In this document: positions 18,400 through 28,443 of the stretch, piece after piece | Position numbering within the stretch: position 1 is the stretch's first letter | How the letters are laid out: the number at the start of each line of letters is the position of its first letter | From: Candidatus Firestoneibacteriota bacterium | GTDB taxonomy: Bacteria > Oederibacteriota > D2-FULL-39-29 > JBDRBU01 | Assembly: GCA_043822305.1 (NCBI GenBank) | Contig: JBDRBU010000078.1 | Coordinates: 1 to 43,318, forward strand | Reading direction: 5' to 3' | DNA: 43,318 nt | Program-made: the position numbers and the translations under genes | The notes under the pieces: model-generated | What the model was told of the DNA's origin: nothing | The model's database searches: none | What the model saw: the letters and a program-made list of their open reading frames with translations, nothing else

Positions 18400-18459
18400 T
18401 AGGTCTAATTGCTTCGCAATTAACCATGACCAATATTATATTTTACACTAAGGTAAGTC
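18399..18459 (+). repeat. 61-bp hairpin element, copy D (diverged)
   Basis: Same length, bulged 7-bp hairpin and TTTACA..GG.AAGTCA tail as copies A-C. Confidence 0.65.
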
Positions 18460-18460
18460 A

Positions 18461-19741
18461 ATGAAGAAAACTGTTATCCTAGGTGCGGGTCTATCTGGCC
18501 TTTCAACTGCTTATCATCTGCAAAAATACAATCAAGAATACTCGCTTTATGAAAAAGACGATAAAGTTGGTGGATTATCAAAAAGTATTAGAATTAAAGA
18601 CTTTTCTTTTGATTGGACAGGTCATTTCTTGCATTTTAAAAATGATCATGTAAAAAGTCTTGTTTTTAAATTATTAAAAGGCAATATGAAAGAAATAAAA
18701 AGAAAATCAGCGGTTTATATTTCAAATCAGTATATTAACTATCCCTTTCAAGCAAATTTTACACAACTTAATAATGAAAAAATTATTAAAGAATGCGAGG
18801 AAGGTCTTTTAAAAATAAAAAGATTAAAGGGATATAAAAATTTTAAAGAATGGATTTATGGAAATTACGGAGATGGAGTTGCAAAATACTTTATGATACC
18901 CTATAATAAAAAATTATGGAGATTTCCCTTAAATAAGATTTTGCCAACCGGAACTACAAGGTATATCCCGGATACAAGTAAAGAAAGCAAGAAAAGTAGA
19001 AAAAGTTATGGATATAATATTCTCTTTTATTATCCTGCGAAAGGGGGTATTGGCTGCTTGGCTGATTCTTTGGCTAAGGGCTTAAAAAATACTTGTCTAA
19101 ATAAAGATATTAGTAATATTAATGCAGAAAAGAAGACAATAAAGACAAAAAACAGAATAATGGATAATTATGATTATTTAGTTTCAACCATTCCCTTGCC
19201 TGAATTAATAAATATGATTAAAGATGTTCCATCTAAAGTAAAAAAGGCAGCGGGTTCATTAAGATCTGTTTCATTGTTTGGACTTAATCTGGGAATAAAT
19301 AGACCAAATATTTCACCTTATCACTGGATTTATTTCCCAGAACATAAGTTTATATTTTACAGAGCAGGGTTTTATTCTAACATTTCTTCTGACCTTAATC
19401 CAACTGGCACATCTTCATTATATGTAGAAGTTTCTTTAAAACCGGATGAAAAAATGTCAAAACAAAGATTGATTGGAAAGATAAAAGAAGATTTATTAAA
19501 AGCAAACATTCTCAAAAAGTCGGATAAAATCCTTGTTGAAAATTCTATTGAAATAAAATATGCATATGTTGTCTTTGATTTAAATTATAATAAAAATTTA
19601 AAGTTAATCATGGATTTTTTAAAAGAAAAAAATATATATTCCATAGGAAGATATGGTCGGTGGACTTATTCTTCAATGGAAGATGCAATTTTAGATGGAA
19701 AGGTAGTAGCCGAGGAGATAAAAGGAATCTCTATATTTTGA
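18461..19741 (+). CDS. FAD-dependent oxidoreductase (HemY/UDP-galactopyranose mutase-like)
   Basis: GAGLSG, GGLS.S, FD.TGH, PYN.KLW, GRYG.W.Y..MEDA. Confidence 0.8.
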   Translation: MKKTVILGAGLSGLSTAYHLQKYNQEYSLYEKDDKVGGLSKSIRIKDFSFDWTGHFLHFKNDHVKSLVFKLLKGNMKEIKRKSAVYISNQYINYPFQANFTQLNNEKIIKECEEGLLKIKRLKGYKNFKEWIYGNYGDGVAKYFMIPYNKKLWRFPLNKILPTGTTRYIPDTSKESKKSRKSYGYNILFYYPAKGGIGCLADSLAKGLKNTCLNKDISNINAEKKTIKTKNRIMDNYDYLVSTIPLPELINMIKDVPSKVKKAAGSLRSVSLFGLNLGINRPNISPYHWIYFPEHKFIFYRAGFYSNISSDLNPTGTSSLYVEVSLKPDEKMSKQRLIGKIKEDLLKANILKKSDKILVENSIEIKYAYVVFDLNYNKNLKLIMDFLKEKNIYSIGRYGRWTYSSMEDAILDGKVVAEEIKGISIF

Positions 19742-20086
19742 ATAGTACTGCTTCTATTGAAGAAAAGGAGTTTTATGTCAAAACTTGTATAAGTGAGAAA
19801 TGGAGTTTTAGAGAATTACGAAGACAAATTGATTCTTCCTTATGCGAACGCTTTATGCTTTCAAAGAAAGCAGATAAATTAATACCAAAGTCAAAAGAAA
19901 AAAATATTCTCGCTCATTTTAAGGATGAATATATTTTTGATTTCCTTGGGTTAAAAGATAAATTTTCAGAAAGAAATTTAAGAAAATCAATTCTTCCTTG
20001 AGTTCGGCAGATATTTTGCACTTGTAGGAGATGAATACAAGATAACTGTTGGTAATGGGGATTATAAGGTAGATTTGTTTTTGTAG
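19735..20086 (+). pseudogene. DUF1016/YhcG (PD-(D/E)XK) remnant; boundaries approximate
   Basis: FY..C..EKWS.REL.RQI.S.L.ER and KDEYIFDFLGL; continues in another frame as FLEFGRYFALVG.EY..VDLF, then a stop; N- and C-termini missing. Confidence 0.8.
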
Positions 20087-20183
20087 ATTAAAAGGTATGT
20101 CAGGGTCAGGGACGACCCTGACTCCATAATAATATGGGTAGAAAAATAACGACGGCTTTTACTAAATATTTACCATTTATCAT

Positions 20184-21347
20184 ATGCGAAAAATCAATGT
20201 TTTACATATAATTACTAAATTAGAATTAGGTGGTGCTCAGGAGAATACTCTTTATTCTGTTGCTAATCACGATAGAGAAAAATACAATGTGTTTTTAATT
20301 TCAGGGACTGAAGGAGAACTTGTAGAAGATGCTAAAGGGATAAAGGATGCACAGATAATTTTACTGCCAGAATTAAAACACAAAATTTCACCTTTTTATG
20401 ATATTTACTGTTTATTGAAATTATGGAGATTGTTTAAAAAATATAAAATTGATATAATCCATACACATAGTTCAAAGGCCGGGATACTTGGGAGATTCGC
20501 TGGATATTTAGCCAAAATTCCAATAATCATTCAGACTATTCATGGTTTCTCATTTAATGATTATCAGAATTTTTTTGTTAGAAATCTATATATATTTTTT
20601 GAAAGGATTGCTGCCAAAATTTCGGATAAACTAATCGCCGTGACTAAAATTGATATAGAAAAAGGATTAAAAGCAAAAGTCGGCGTAGCTGAACAGTATA
20701 CAGTTATACATAGTGGTATAAACATAGATGAGTTTAGTAGTCAACATAAAGAGGTTGAGGTAAGGAAAGAATTTAATATTCCTTTGGATTATAAAATAGT
20801 TGGAATGATTGCCTGTTTTAAGCCACAGAAGAATCCGCTTGATTTTATAAGAGTAGCAAAAATAGTCAAAGAATCGTTTTCTAAAGTAAAATTTATTCTT
20901 GTGGGTGATGGAGAATTAAGGCCGGATATTGAAAAATTAATCAGTGAATTAAACTTACATAATGATGTGATTTTAACTGGATGGAGAAGAGATGTTGCTG
21001 AGATTTTATCATCTTTTAATGTCTTGGTTTTAACATCATTATGGGAAGGATTGCCCAGGGTCTTTCCTGAAGCCATGGCCGAAAGAAAACCAATTGTAGC
21101 CACATCTGTAGATGGAGCAAAAGAAGTAATAATAAATGGAGAGAATGGGTTTTTATTAGAGCCAAAAAATTTAAAAGGTATGGCCGAAAAAATTACTTAT
21201 CTTTTAAATAATGAAAATATTGCCAAAAAAATGGGAGAGTGTGGATTTAACATAGCAAAATCTTTTGATGCCAAAGAAATGGTAAAAGATATAGAAGAAG
21301 TATATGAACTAAAAATTGCGGATGGCGAATTACGGATTAAAGGATAA
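20184..21347 (+). CDS. Glycosyltransferase family 4
   Basis: GGAQ, HTHSSKAG, S.WEGLP....EAMA. Confidence 0.93.
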   Translation: MRKINVLHIITKLELGGAQENTLYSVANHDREKYNVFLISGTEGELVEDAKGIKDAQIILLPELKHKISPFYDIYCLLKLWRLFKKYKIDIIHTHSSKAGILGRFAGYLAKIPIIIQTIHGFSFNDYQNFFVRNLYIFFERIAAKISDKLIAVTKIDIEKGLKAKVGVAEQYTVIHSGINIDEFSSQHKEVEVRKEFNIPLDYKIVGMIACFKPQKNPLDFIRVAKIVKESFSKVKFILVGDGELRPDIEKLISELNLHNDVILTGWRRDVAEILSSFNVLVLTSLWEGLPRVFPEAMAERKPIVATSVDGAKEVIINGENGFLLEPKNLKGMAEKITYLLNNENIAKKMGECGFNIAKSFDAKEMVKDIEEVYELKIADGELRIKG

Positions 21348-21352
21348 GGATT

Positions 21353-22417
21353 ATGAACAAAAGAATAAAAGAATTACAGGAAAAACTTGAGAAGAAAAAA
21401 TTAGATGGTTTTATAATTACAAATCCAATAAATAGAAATTATCTGACGGGGTTTACTGGTTCTACCGGATATTTACTTATAGCCAAAGAAAAAGGATATT
21501 TTATTACTGATAGTAGATATATGGAACAAGCAAAGTTAGAAGTACCTGGTTACGAAGTAATTATAACTTCAAATTATTTTAAGAAAATATGTGAAATTAT
21601 AATAAATAAAAAAATAAAAAGATTAGGATATGAATATAATAGCATACTATTTAGCCAATATGAATTTTTAAAAGAAAGATTAGAAAAAATAAAATGGAGA
21701 GGGATAAAAAATTTCATAGAAGATTTAAGAATGATAAAAACTGATGAAGAAATTGATTTGATAAAAAAAGCAGTGAAAATCGCAGAATTATCGTACGAGA
21801 AAACACAAGGCAGGATTAAAGAAGGAATTTCTGAAAAAGATATTGCTTGTGAACTTGAATACAACATGAAAAAATTAGGAGCAGATGGAGTTTCATTTTC
21901 AACTATTGTTGCTTCTGGCAATCGTGGTGCTCTTCCCCATGGAATATCTTCTGATAAAAAATTGAAAAAAGGAGAATTAATAATAATTGATTTTGGTGTG
22001 AGTTACAAAGGTTATTGTTCTGACTTGACAAAAACCATTGGATTAGGTATAATACAAAAATCATATAAAGAAGCATATAGAGTGGTTTACAATGCTCAAC
22101 AAGAAGCGATTTCCTTCATTAAAAGTGGAGTAAAATTATCTAATTTAGATAAAGCAGCCAGAAATTATTTAAAGAAACATAAATTACATAAATATTTTAT
22201 TCATAGTTTAGGTCATGGGATAGGCAAAGAGGTTCACGAGGGGCCAAAGGTTTCGCATAAATCAACAGGTTTTGTAAAAGAAGGCATGGTTTTTACAGTT
22301 GAACCCGGGATTTATATTTCAGGTAAATTTGGAATTAGAATTGAAAATATAATAGTTGTAAAAAAAGACAGTATTGAAGTTCTTGGAAAAGACCAGAGTA
22401 AGTTAGTTGTATTGTAA
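21353..22417 (+). CDS. Xaa-Pro aminopeptidase (M24)
   Basis: YLTGFTGS, DFG...GYCSD.T, HSLGHGIG..VHE, TVEPGIY, GIRIE. Confidence 0.93.
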   Translation: MNKRIKELQEKLEKKKLDGFIITNPINRNYLTGFTGSTGYLLIAKEKGYFITDSRYMEQAKLEVPGYEVIITSNYFKKICEIIINKKIKRLGYEYNSILFSQYEFLKERLEKIKWRGIKNFIEDLRMIKTDEEIDLIKKAVKIAELSYEKTQGRIKEGISEKDIACELEYNMKKLGADGVSFSTIVASGNRGALPHGISSDKKLKKGELIIIDFGVSYKGYCSDLTKTIGLGIIQKSYKEAYRVVYNAQQEAISFIKSGVKLSNLDKAARNYLKKHKLHKYFIHSLGHGIGKEVHEGPKVSHKSTGFVKEGMVFTVEPGIYISGKFGIRIENIIVVKKDSIEVLGKDQSKLVVL

Positions 22418-22421
22418 ATAC

Positions 22422-22444
22422 CGCAGGCTAAAGCCTGCGACTAC
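22422..22444 (-). repeat. GTAG-REP-like palindrome
   Basis: Minus strand reads GTAGTCGCAGGCTTTAGCCTGCG; related to 665-687 and 714-736. Confidence 0.75.
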
Positions 22445-22481
22445 CTGAGTATTTACCTATACAGGAAGTGAGGATTATCAT

Positions 22482-23042
22482 ATGGTAGATTCAAGTGATC
22501 TAAAAAGGGGAACATTAATAGAAATAGATAATGTGGTTTATGAAGTTGTAGATTACAGTCGGCATAAACCAGGTAAAGGACCTACTTCTATTAAAACAAA
22601 GATTAAAAATATAAAATTGGATACAACCATAGATAAGACATTCGATGCAGGAATACAATTAAAAGATCCTGATGTAGAACAAAAAGAGATGCAGTATTTA
22701 TACAAAGATGGGGAAAATCATGTATTTATGGATACAAGTACTTTTGAGCAGATTTCTTTTAATGAACATCAATTAGGGAATAATATCAAATTTTTAAAAG
22801 AAGGCATAGTTGTGGACTCTTTAATTTATAAAGGAGAACCTCTGGGAATAAAACTTCCAATCGCTGTAAATTTAAAAATTATAGAAACTGCTCCTGGTGT
22901 TAGAGGTGATACAGTTTCTGGAGGATCAAAGCCAGCTACATTGGAAACGAAATTAGTTGTTAATGTACCACTTTTTATAAATATTGGAGATGTTGTTCGG
23001 ATAGATACCAGAATAGGAGAGTATTTAGAAAGAGTTAAATAA
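22482..23042 (+). CDS. efp: Elongation factor P
   Basis: HKPGKG, PGVRGDT, KPATLET, IDTR.GEYLERV. Confidence 0.97.
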   Translation: MVDSSDLKRGTLIEIDNVVYEVVDYSRHKPGKGPTSIKTKIKNIKLDTTIDKTFDAGIQLKDPDVEQKEMQYLYKDGENHVFMDTSTFEQISFNEHQLGNNIKFLKEGIVVDSLIYKGEPLGIKLPIAVNLKIIETAPGVRGDTVSGGSKPATLETKLVVNVPLFINIGDVVRIDTRIGEYLERVK

Positions 23043-23055
23043 ATATGGAGGGCTG

Positions 23056-23520
23056 ATGAATATAAAAGAAATAAAAGATTTAATAGAATTATTAAAAGGA
23101 AACGATATTGCCGAGATAGAAATAGAACGGGAAGGGATGAAGATAAAATTAAAAAAAGGTTCATCAAATACGATCATTACCCCTTCTCAATATATTCCAC
23201 CCCAGGCCTCAGGATCAACTACTCCTCAGATAGAAACTCCAAAAGTGCAGAACCAAGCATCAGAGGTAAAAGAAGAAAAGACGATAACAATAGAGTCTCC
23301 TATGGTTGGTACATTTTACAGGACTTCATCACCTGATGCTCAGCCATTTGTTAAAGAAGGAGATGAGATTAAAGAGGGGCAGACTGTTTGTATTATTGAA
23401 GCCATGAAGCTAATGAACGAGATAAGAGCAGAAATAAAAGGGAAAATTATAAAAGTGTTAGTGGAGAATGGCCAGCCGGTGGAATTTGGCCAGCCTTTGT
23501 TTCTGGTGGAACCATCTTAA
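23056..23520 (+). CDS. accB: Biotin carboxyl carrier protein
   Basis: [16 protein letters not shown] biotinylation motif. Confidence 0.97.
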   Translation: MNIKEIKDLIELLKGNDIAEIEIEREGMKIKLKKGSSNTIITPSQYIPPQASGSTTPQIETPKVQNQASEVKEEKTITIESPMVGTFYRTSSPDAQPFVKEGDEIKEGQTVCIIEAMKLMNEIRAEIKGKIIKVLVENGQPVEFGQPLFLVEPS

Positions 23521-23532
23521 TTAGAGGAAAAT

Positions 23533-24873
23533 ATGTTTAAAAAAATATTAATTGCAAATAGAGGAGAAATAGCATTAAGAATTATAAGAGCCTGTAAGGA
23601 GATGAATATTAAAACTGTGGCCGTGTTTTCAAAAGCAGATGAAGATTCTTTATATGTAAGAATGGCGGATGAGAATGTATGTATAGGGCCAGCTCCAGCG
23701 AATAAAAGTTATTTAAGTATCCCAAGTTTAATAAGCGCCGCTGAGGTATCCGATGCAGAAGCAATTCATCCGGGTTATGGGTTTTTAGCCGAGAATGCAC
23801 ATTTTGCTGAGATTTGCAGAGATTGTGAAATTAAATTTATAGGTCCAACTCCAGAGGTTATAAGAAAGATGGGGGATAAAATCTTAGCCAAAGATATTAT
23901 GAAAAAAGCAAACGTTCCCGTCGTTCCTGGTAGCGAGGGTGTTATTAAAGATGAAAAGGAAGCACTAAAAATAGCAAAGCATCTAGGTTATCCGGTGATA
24001 ATAAAAGCATGTGCTGGTGGTGGAGGGCGTGGGATGAGAGTTGCCCACAACGATGTAAGTTTAGTTAGTTCGTTTTTAACGGCCAAAGCAGAAGCTGAAT
24101 CATCTTTTGGAAATTCTGCTTTATATTTAGAAAAATATGTAGAAGAACCCAGACATGTTGAGTTTCAGATATTAGGTGATGAACATGGTAATATAATTCA
24201 TCTGGGTGAAAGGGATTGTACTATTCAAAGAAGACATCAAAAGTTAATAGAGGAAGCACCATCACCAATCATGACCCCTAAGTTGAGAGAAGAAATGGGG
24301 AGAGTTGTTTTAAAAGGGGCAAGAGCAGTTGGGTATACAAATGCAGGAACTATGGAATTTTTAGTTGATAAATATAATAGATTTTATTTTATGGAAGTAA
24401 ATACAAGGATACAGGTAGAACATGGAGTTACTGAATGTGTTATGTCTGTTGATTTAGTCAAAGAACAAATAAAGATTGCCTGTGGCGAGAAAATTGGACT
24501 TCCAAAAAGGGATTTACAATTTAGAGGACATGCTCTAGAGTGTAGAATTAATGCAGAAGATCCTGATAAAAACTTTATTCCATGTCCGGGGAAGATTACT
24601 ACTTTTGTTCTGCCAGGTGGCCCTGGAATTAGAATAGACACGCAGGTTTATACTGGATATACTATTCCGCCTTACTATGATTCAATGATAGCCAAGTTAA
24701 TTGCATATGGTAATGATAGGTCAGAAGCAATAGTCAGGATGCGAAGAGCCCTTGATGAATTTGTCGTAGAAGGTATTAAGACAACAATTCCTTTTCATAA
24801 AAAGGTGTTTTCTAATTCTCTTTTCATGAGAGGCGAGATAAATACAGGTTTTGCAGAAACAATTTTAGAGTAG
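23533..24873 (+). CDS. accC: Biotin carboxylase
   Basis: [33 protein letters not shown]. Confidence 0.97.
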   Translation: MFKKILIANRGEIALRIIRACKEMNIKTVAVFSKADEDSLYVRMADENVCIGPAPANKSYLSIPSLISAAEVSDAEAIHPGYGFLAENAHFAEICRDCEIKFIGPTPEVIRKMGDKILAKDIMKKANVPVVPGSEGVIKDEKEALKIAKHLGYPVIIKACAGGGGRGMRVAHNDVSLVSSFLTAKAEAESSFGNSALYLEKYVEEPRHVEFQILGDEHGNIIHLGERDCTIQRRHQKLIEEAPSPIMTPKLREEMGRVVLKGARAVGYTNAGTMEFLVDKYNRFYFMEVNTRIQVEHGVTECVMSVDLVKEQIKIACGEKIGLPKRDLQFRGHALECRINAEDPDKNFIPCPGKITTFVLPGGPGIRIDTQVYTGYTIPPYYDSMIAKLIAYGNDRSEAIVRMRRALDEFVVEGIKTTIPFHKKVFSNSLFMRGEINTGFAETILE

Positions 24874-24894
24874 TCACTAACCTTCCATAGATTA

Positions 24895-25061
24895 TAAATA
24901 GTCAGTGAAAGCCGTGAGAATTATATTTTTATATTTCCATATTCCCCCTTTGTTAAGGGGGAATCAAGGGGGTTGTTGTTATGAATATCTATGACAATAC
25001 GATATGGAACGGCAACGATTATTAAAAGAACAACCCCCTAACCCCCTTTGTTAAGGGGGAA
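24895..25061. repeat. 21-bp motif followed by an inverted pair of CCCCC/GGGGG repeats
   Basis: TAAATAGTCAGTGAAAGCCGT (24895-24915); repeats at 24942-24976 and 25030-25061 in opposite orientation. Confidence 0.8.
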
Positions 25062-25085
25062 TTAAAAATTAGAGAGGCAATAAAC

Positions 25086-26516
25086 TTGAAAGATTTTACG
25101 CAGGGTAGTGTTCCGAAACAACTTTTTTCGTTTGCCGTGCCTCTTTTGCTTGGTAATTTTTTGCAGTCAGCTATTGAATTTATGAATATGTTCTGGGTTG
25201 GCCGACTGCTTGGTCATAAGGCCATAGCGGCCGTAGCCACATCACTCCCAATAGTTTTCTTTTTAATCTCTGCTCTTATCGGCTTAAGTGTTGCCACAAA
25301 TATTATTGTGGCCCAAGCATATGGCTCCAAGAACTTCAAATTCATGGAAAAAGTTTTTTCAAATTCTTTTATGACAAACCTTGCGCTGTGCGTGGTTATT
25401 TCCTTTGTCGCATTTTTTTTTAGTTCAGGTTTACTGGGACTTGTCAACTGTCCTTTAGAGATAAAGCCGCAGGCAAATTCATTTTTCAGGATAATAATTA
25501 TAGGTCTTTCGTTTAATTTCATTTACAACTGGTATTCCGGGATACTGCGCGGTCTGGGAGATTCAAAGACGCCGTTATATATTCTGATACTTAACGCCAT
25601 AATTAATTTTATATCAGTGCCGATTTTTATCCGCTTCTTTGGGTTAAATGGAGCTCCGATAGCGAATATTGGTGCCGGCATAATTAGCGGTATCGTCGGT
25701 TATATTTACACGAGTAAAAAAAATCCGTTCTTTAAGGTTCATTCCTGGGATTTTACTGTTGAATGGGATATAATAAAAAAAATATTCACTCTAGGCATAC
25801 CTGCTTCCTTGCAGATGGTTATCATGTCTTTTGCCGGTGCTGTAATAATTTCGCTTGTCAATAAATTTGGCCTAGAAGTTACGGCAGCATATGGCATATG
25901 TATGCAGGTTGACCAGATGGCTTTTCTGCCATCGCTGACCATAGGTATAGCTATCACTTCAATGGTTGGACAAAACTTAAGTGCGGGGAAATTTGACAGG
26001 ATAAAGCAGATATTTTATTACGGAACAATTATGGCGGCGATATTATCACTCACTTCATTTATACTTGTTTATTCATTTCCCGAGCAGATAGCCAAGGTCT
26101 TTAATAAGGACCCAAAGGCTTCCGCATCTGTTATTAAATATGTTGTAGGCTATATAAGGATTACTTCATTTGGATATATTGGGATTGCTTTGATGTTCTG
26201 CATTATGGGCGTAGTAAGAGGGTCTGGAGATATGATGGCCATATTTATCCTTACTTTTATTTCAGCCGTTATGTTTAGAATCCCATTATCCTGGATTCTA
26301 TCTCAGAAAACAGCTCTGGCCGAAAAAGGAATCTGGATAGCCATTTTGATTAGTATATATGTTACATTGATTTTAGACTATATTTACTATAAATCTGGCC
26401 GATGGAAGAAAGTAAAACTAATCCATTTGTATGAAGCGCAGGAAGAACAATCAAAAGCCCTTTACGACCAAAGGAAGTCCCCGTGGGGCGAGGCCGAAAC
26501 CGAAAAACCGGTGTAA
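25086..26516 (+). CDS. MATE family efflux transporter
   Basis: About 12 TM segments, RGLGDSKTPL, VGQNL.AG; TTG start with GAGG SD. Confidence 0.92.
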   Translation: MKDFTQGSVPKQLFSFAVPLLLGNFLQSAIEFMNMFWVGRLLGHKAIAAVATSLPIVFFLISALIGLSVATNIIVAQAYGSKNFKFMEKVFSNSFMTNLALCVVISFVAFFFSSGLLGLVNCPLEIKPQANSFFRIIIIGLSFNFIYNWYSGILRGLGDSKTPLYILILNAIINFISVPIFIRFFGLNGAPIANIGAGIISGIVGYIYTSKKNPFFKVHSWDFTVEWDIIKKIFTLGIPASLQMVIMSFAGAVIISLVNKFGLEVTAAYGICMQVDQMAFLPSLTIGIAITSMVGQNLSAGKFDRIKQIFYYGTIMAAILSLTSFILVYSFPEQIAKVFNKDPKASASVIKYVVGYIRITSFGYIGIALMFCIMGVVRGSGDMMAIFILTFISAVMFRIPLSWILSQKTALAEKGIWIAILISIYVTLILDYIYYKSGRWKKVKLIHLYEAQEEQSKALYDQRKSPWGEAETEKPV

Positions 26517-26533
26517 AATAAATAGGGCAGATA

Positions 26534-28342
26534 ATGAAAGAAAAAATACTTGAAGTATTAAATAAATATTGGGGTTATATTACTTTTCGTGAATTTCAGG
26601 AAGAGGCCATAATGTCAATATTGGAATCCAATGATACTCTTACCATTCTTCCTACCGGGGGTGGGAAGTCAGTATGTTTTCAGGTCCCGGCCTTAATCTT
26701 AGATGGTACCGCGGTCGTCATATCTCCTCTTATATCGCTGATGAAAGACCAGGTTGACTTTCTTAAAGATATTGGTCTTGAAGCAGAATGTTTAAATTCA
26801 GCATTGACCGTGGTGAAGATGCGGGAAGTTACGGCAAAAATAAGGACAGGCACGGTAAAACTTCTTTATATTTCCCCTGAAAAACTTATGACAGAATTTA
26901 TGCTAAATCTTTTGAAATCCATTAAAATCTCGTATTTTGTAATAGATGAAGCTCATTGTATAAGTCATTGGGGGCATGATTTCAGGGCAGAATACAGGCA
27001 GTTGCATATGATCAAAAATAAATTCTCCGGAATAAATATCCATGCTTTTACGGCCACGGCTACCGAAGAAGTTAAAAAGGATATATTAGGACAGTTAAGA
27101 CTTGATAAGCCACATGTTTATGTGGGCCGGGTGGACAGACCTAATCTTACATATAGATTATCGGAAAGAAACGGGGATGGGTATAAGCAAATAATTGACA
27201 CTTTAAAATTGCATAATAATCAGGCTGGAATAATCTACTGCCTTAAACGAACTGATGTAGACGAAATATCCCAGGCACTAAACTCAGAGGGATTTGCTAA
27301 CCAGCCTTATCATGCGGGGCTTCCAGATGAGGAAAGGAAAAAAAATCAGGAGATGTTTGCCTCGGAAAAGGTAAATATTATTACGGCCACAATTGCCTTC
27401 GGGATGGGGATTGACAGGTCAAATATTCGTTTTATTATACATGCAGCTATGCCAAAATCCGTCGAGCATTATCAACAGGAAACAGGACGGGCGGGAAGAG
27501 ACGGATTGCCGTCATACTGTTACTTGTTTTATTCCGGGGCAGATTACAGGATATGGGAATATATATTTAAAAAGTCAATGTCCGGCCATAACTCGCATAA
27601 GAAACTGGGGGAAATGTATAATTTTTGTTCGGTTCCGATGTGCAGGCATTCATTCTTGTCGGGATATTTCGGACAAAGTTATCTTAAAGCAAACTGTGTC
27701 TCGTGTGACTTTTGTCTTAATGAGATAAGCAGTATTGATGAATCACATGAATTTGCAAAAAATATTATTGAGTGTGTCTTTGGTGTTGAAGAGCACTTCG
27801 GTGCCGAGCATATTTCTAATGTGCTCATAGGAAATATCACGGATAATATTGCCAGGTGGGGACATGAGGCGATGCCGTCGTTCGGTCTAATGAGTGGCGA
27901 AACAAAGAGAGCCGTTCGCTCTATGATTGACCAGCTTATAGCTCAAGGGTATTTAAAAAGAACGGGGGAATATTTAACTCTTTCTGTAACTGATGATGGA
28001 ATGAAAGTGCTTTCCGGACAGATAAAACCAAAGTTAACAAGGGTGATAGACAGAAAGAAAAAAGCCGAGATAAAAAGGAAACAAAAAGATACTTTAAAGT
28101 CAGAATATATCAATGTTGACAAAAATCTTTTTGAGACACTTCGGCTTTTGAGGAGAAGCATAGCGGACAGAAAAAATATGCCGGCGTATATTGTATTTTC
28201 TGACAAGACTCTCCGGGAAATGGCAGAAAAGAAGCCCAAAAGTCTGGAAGACATGTCTTTGATCTTCGGTATCGGAGAGTCTAAACTTAAGGAATACGGC
28301 AGCATATTCTTAAAGGTGATAAAAGAGTACAACGAAAGATAG
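26534..28342 (+). CDS. recQ: ATP-dependent DNA helicase RecQ
   Basis: PTGGGKS, DEAHCISHWGHDFR, QETGRAGRDG, Zn-binding cysteines, HRDC domain. Confidence 0.96.
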   Translation: MKEKILEVLNKYWGYITFREFQEEAIMSILESNDTLTILPTGGGKSVCFQVPALILDGTAVVISPLISLMKDQVDFLKDIGLEAECLNSALTVVKMREVTAKIRTGTVKLLYISPEKLMTEFMLNLLKSIKISYFVIDEAHCISHWGHDFRAEYRQLHMIKNKFSGINIHAFTATATEEVKKDILGQLRLDKPHVYVGRVDRPNLTYRLSERNGDGYKQIIDTLKLHNNQAGIIYCLKRTDVDEISQALNSEGFANQPYHAGLPDEERKKNQEMFASEKVNIITATIAFGMGIDRSNIRFIIHAAMPKSVEHYQQETGRAGRDGLPSYCYLFYSGADYRIWEYIFKKSMSGHNSHKKLGEMYNFCSVPMCRHSFLSGYFGQSYLKANCVSCDFCLNEISSIDESHEFAKNIIECVFGVEEHFGAEHISNVLIGNITDNIARWGHEAMPSFGLMSGETKRAVRSMIDQLIAQGYLKRTGEYLTLSVTDDGMKVLSGQIKPKLTRVIDRKKKAEIKRKQKDTLKSEYINVDKNLFETLRLLRRSIADRKNMPAYIVFSDKTLREMAEKKPKSLEDMSLIFGIGESKLKEYGSIFLKVIKEYNER

Positions 28343-28369
28343 GAATAAACAAGTGAAAGATATTTTATG

Positions 28370-28398
28370 TTGATTTTTCTAGAAAAATTCTTTATACT
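28370..28398 (+). promoter_or_regulatory. Sigma70-type promoter upstream of the methyltransferase
   Basis: TTGATT-17 bp-TATACT. Confidence 0.55.
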
Positions 28399-28410
28399 AA
28401 GACAACAAAG

Positions 28411-28435
28411 GTAGTGCAGGGTCTTTAGACCCTGC
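28411..28435 (+). repeat. GTAG-REP-like palindrome, left of the RM genes
   Basis: GTAGT-GCAGGGTC-TTTA-GACCCTGC. Confidence 0.75.
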
Positions 28436-28443
28436 TAAAAAAG

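Noticed and set aside
21314..21352. Degenerate 7-mer tandem repeats at the GT4 3' end
   Set aside because: Too short and degenerate to assign; no associated gene
24981..25025. 14-codon ORF between the inverted CCCCC/GGGGG repeats
   Set aside because: The apparent SD is part of the repeat and the peptide has no distinctive motif
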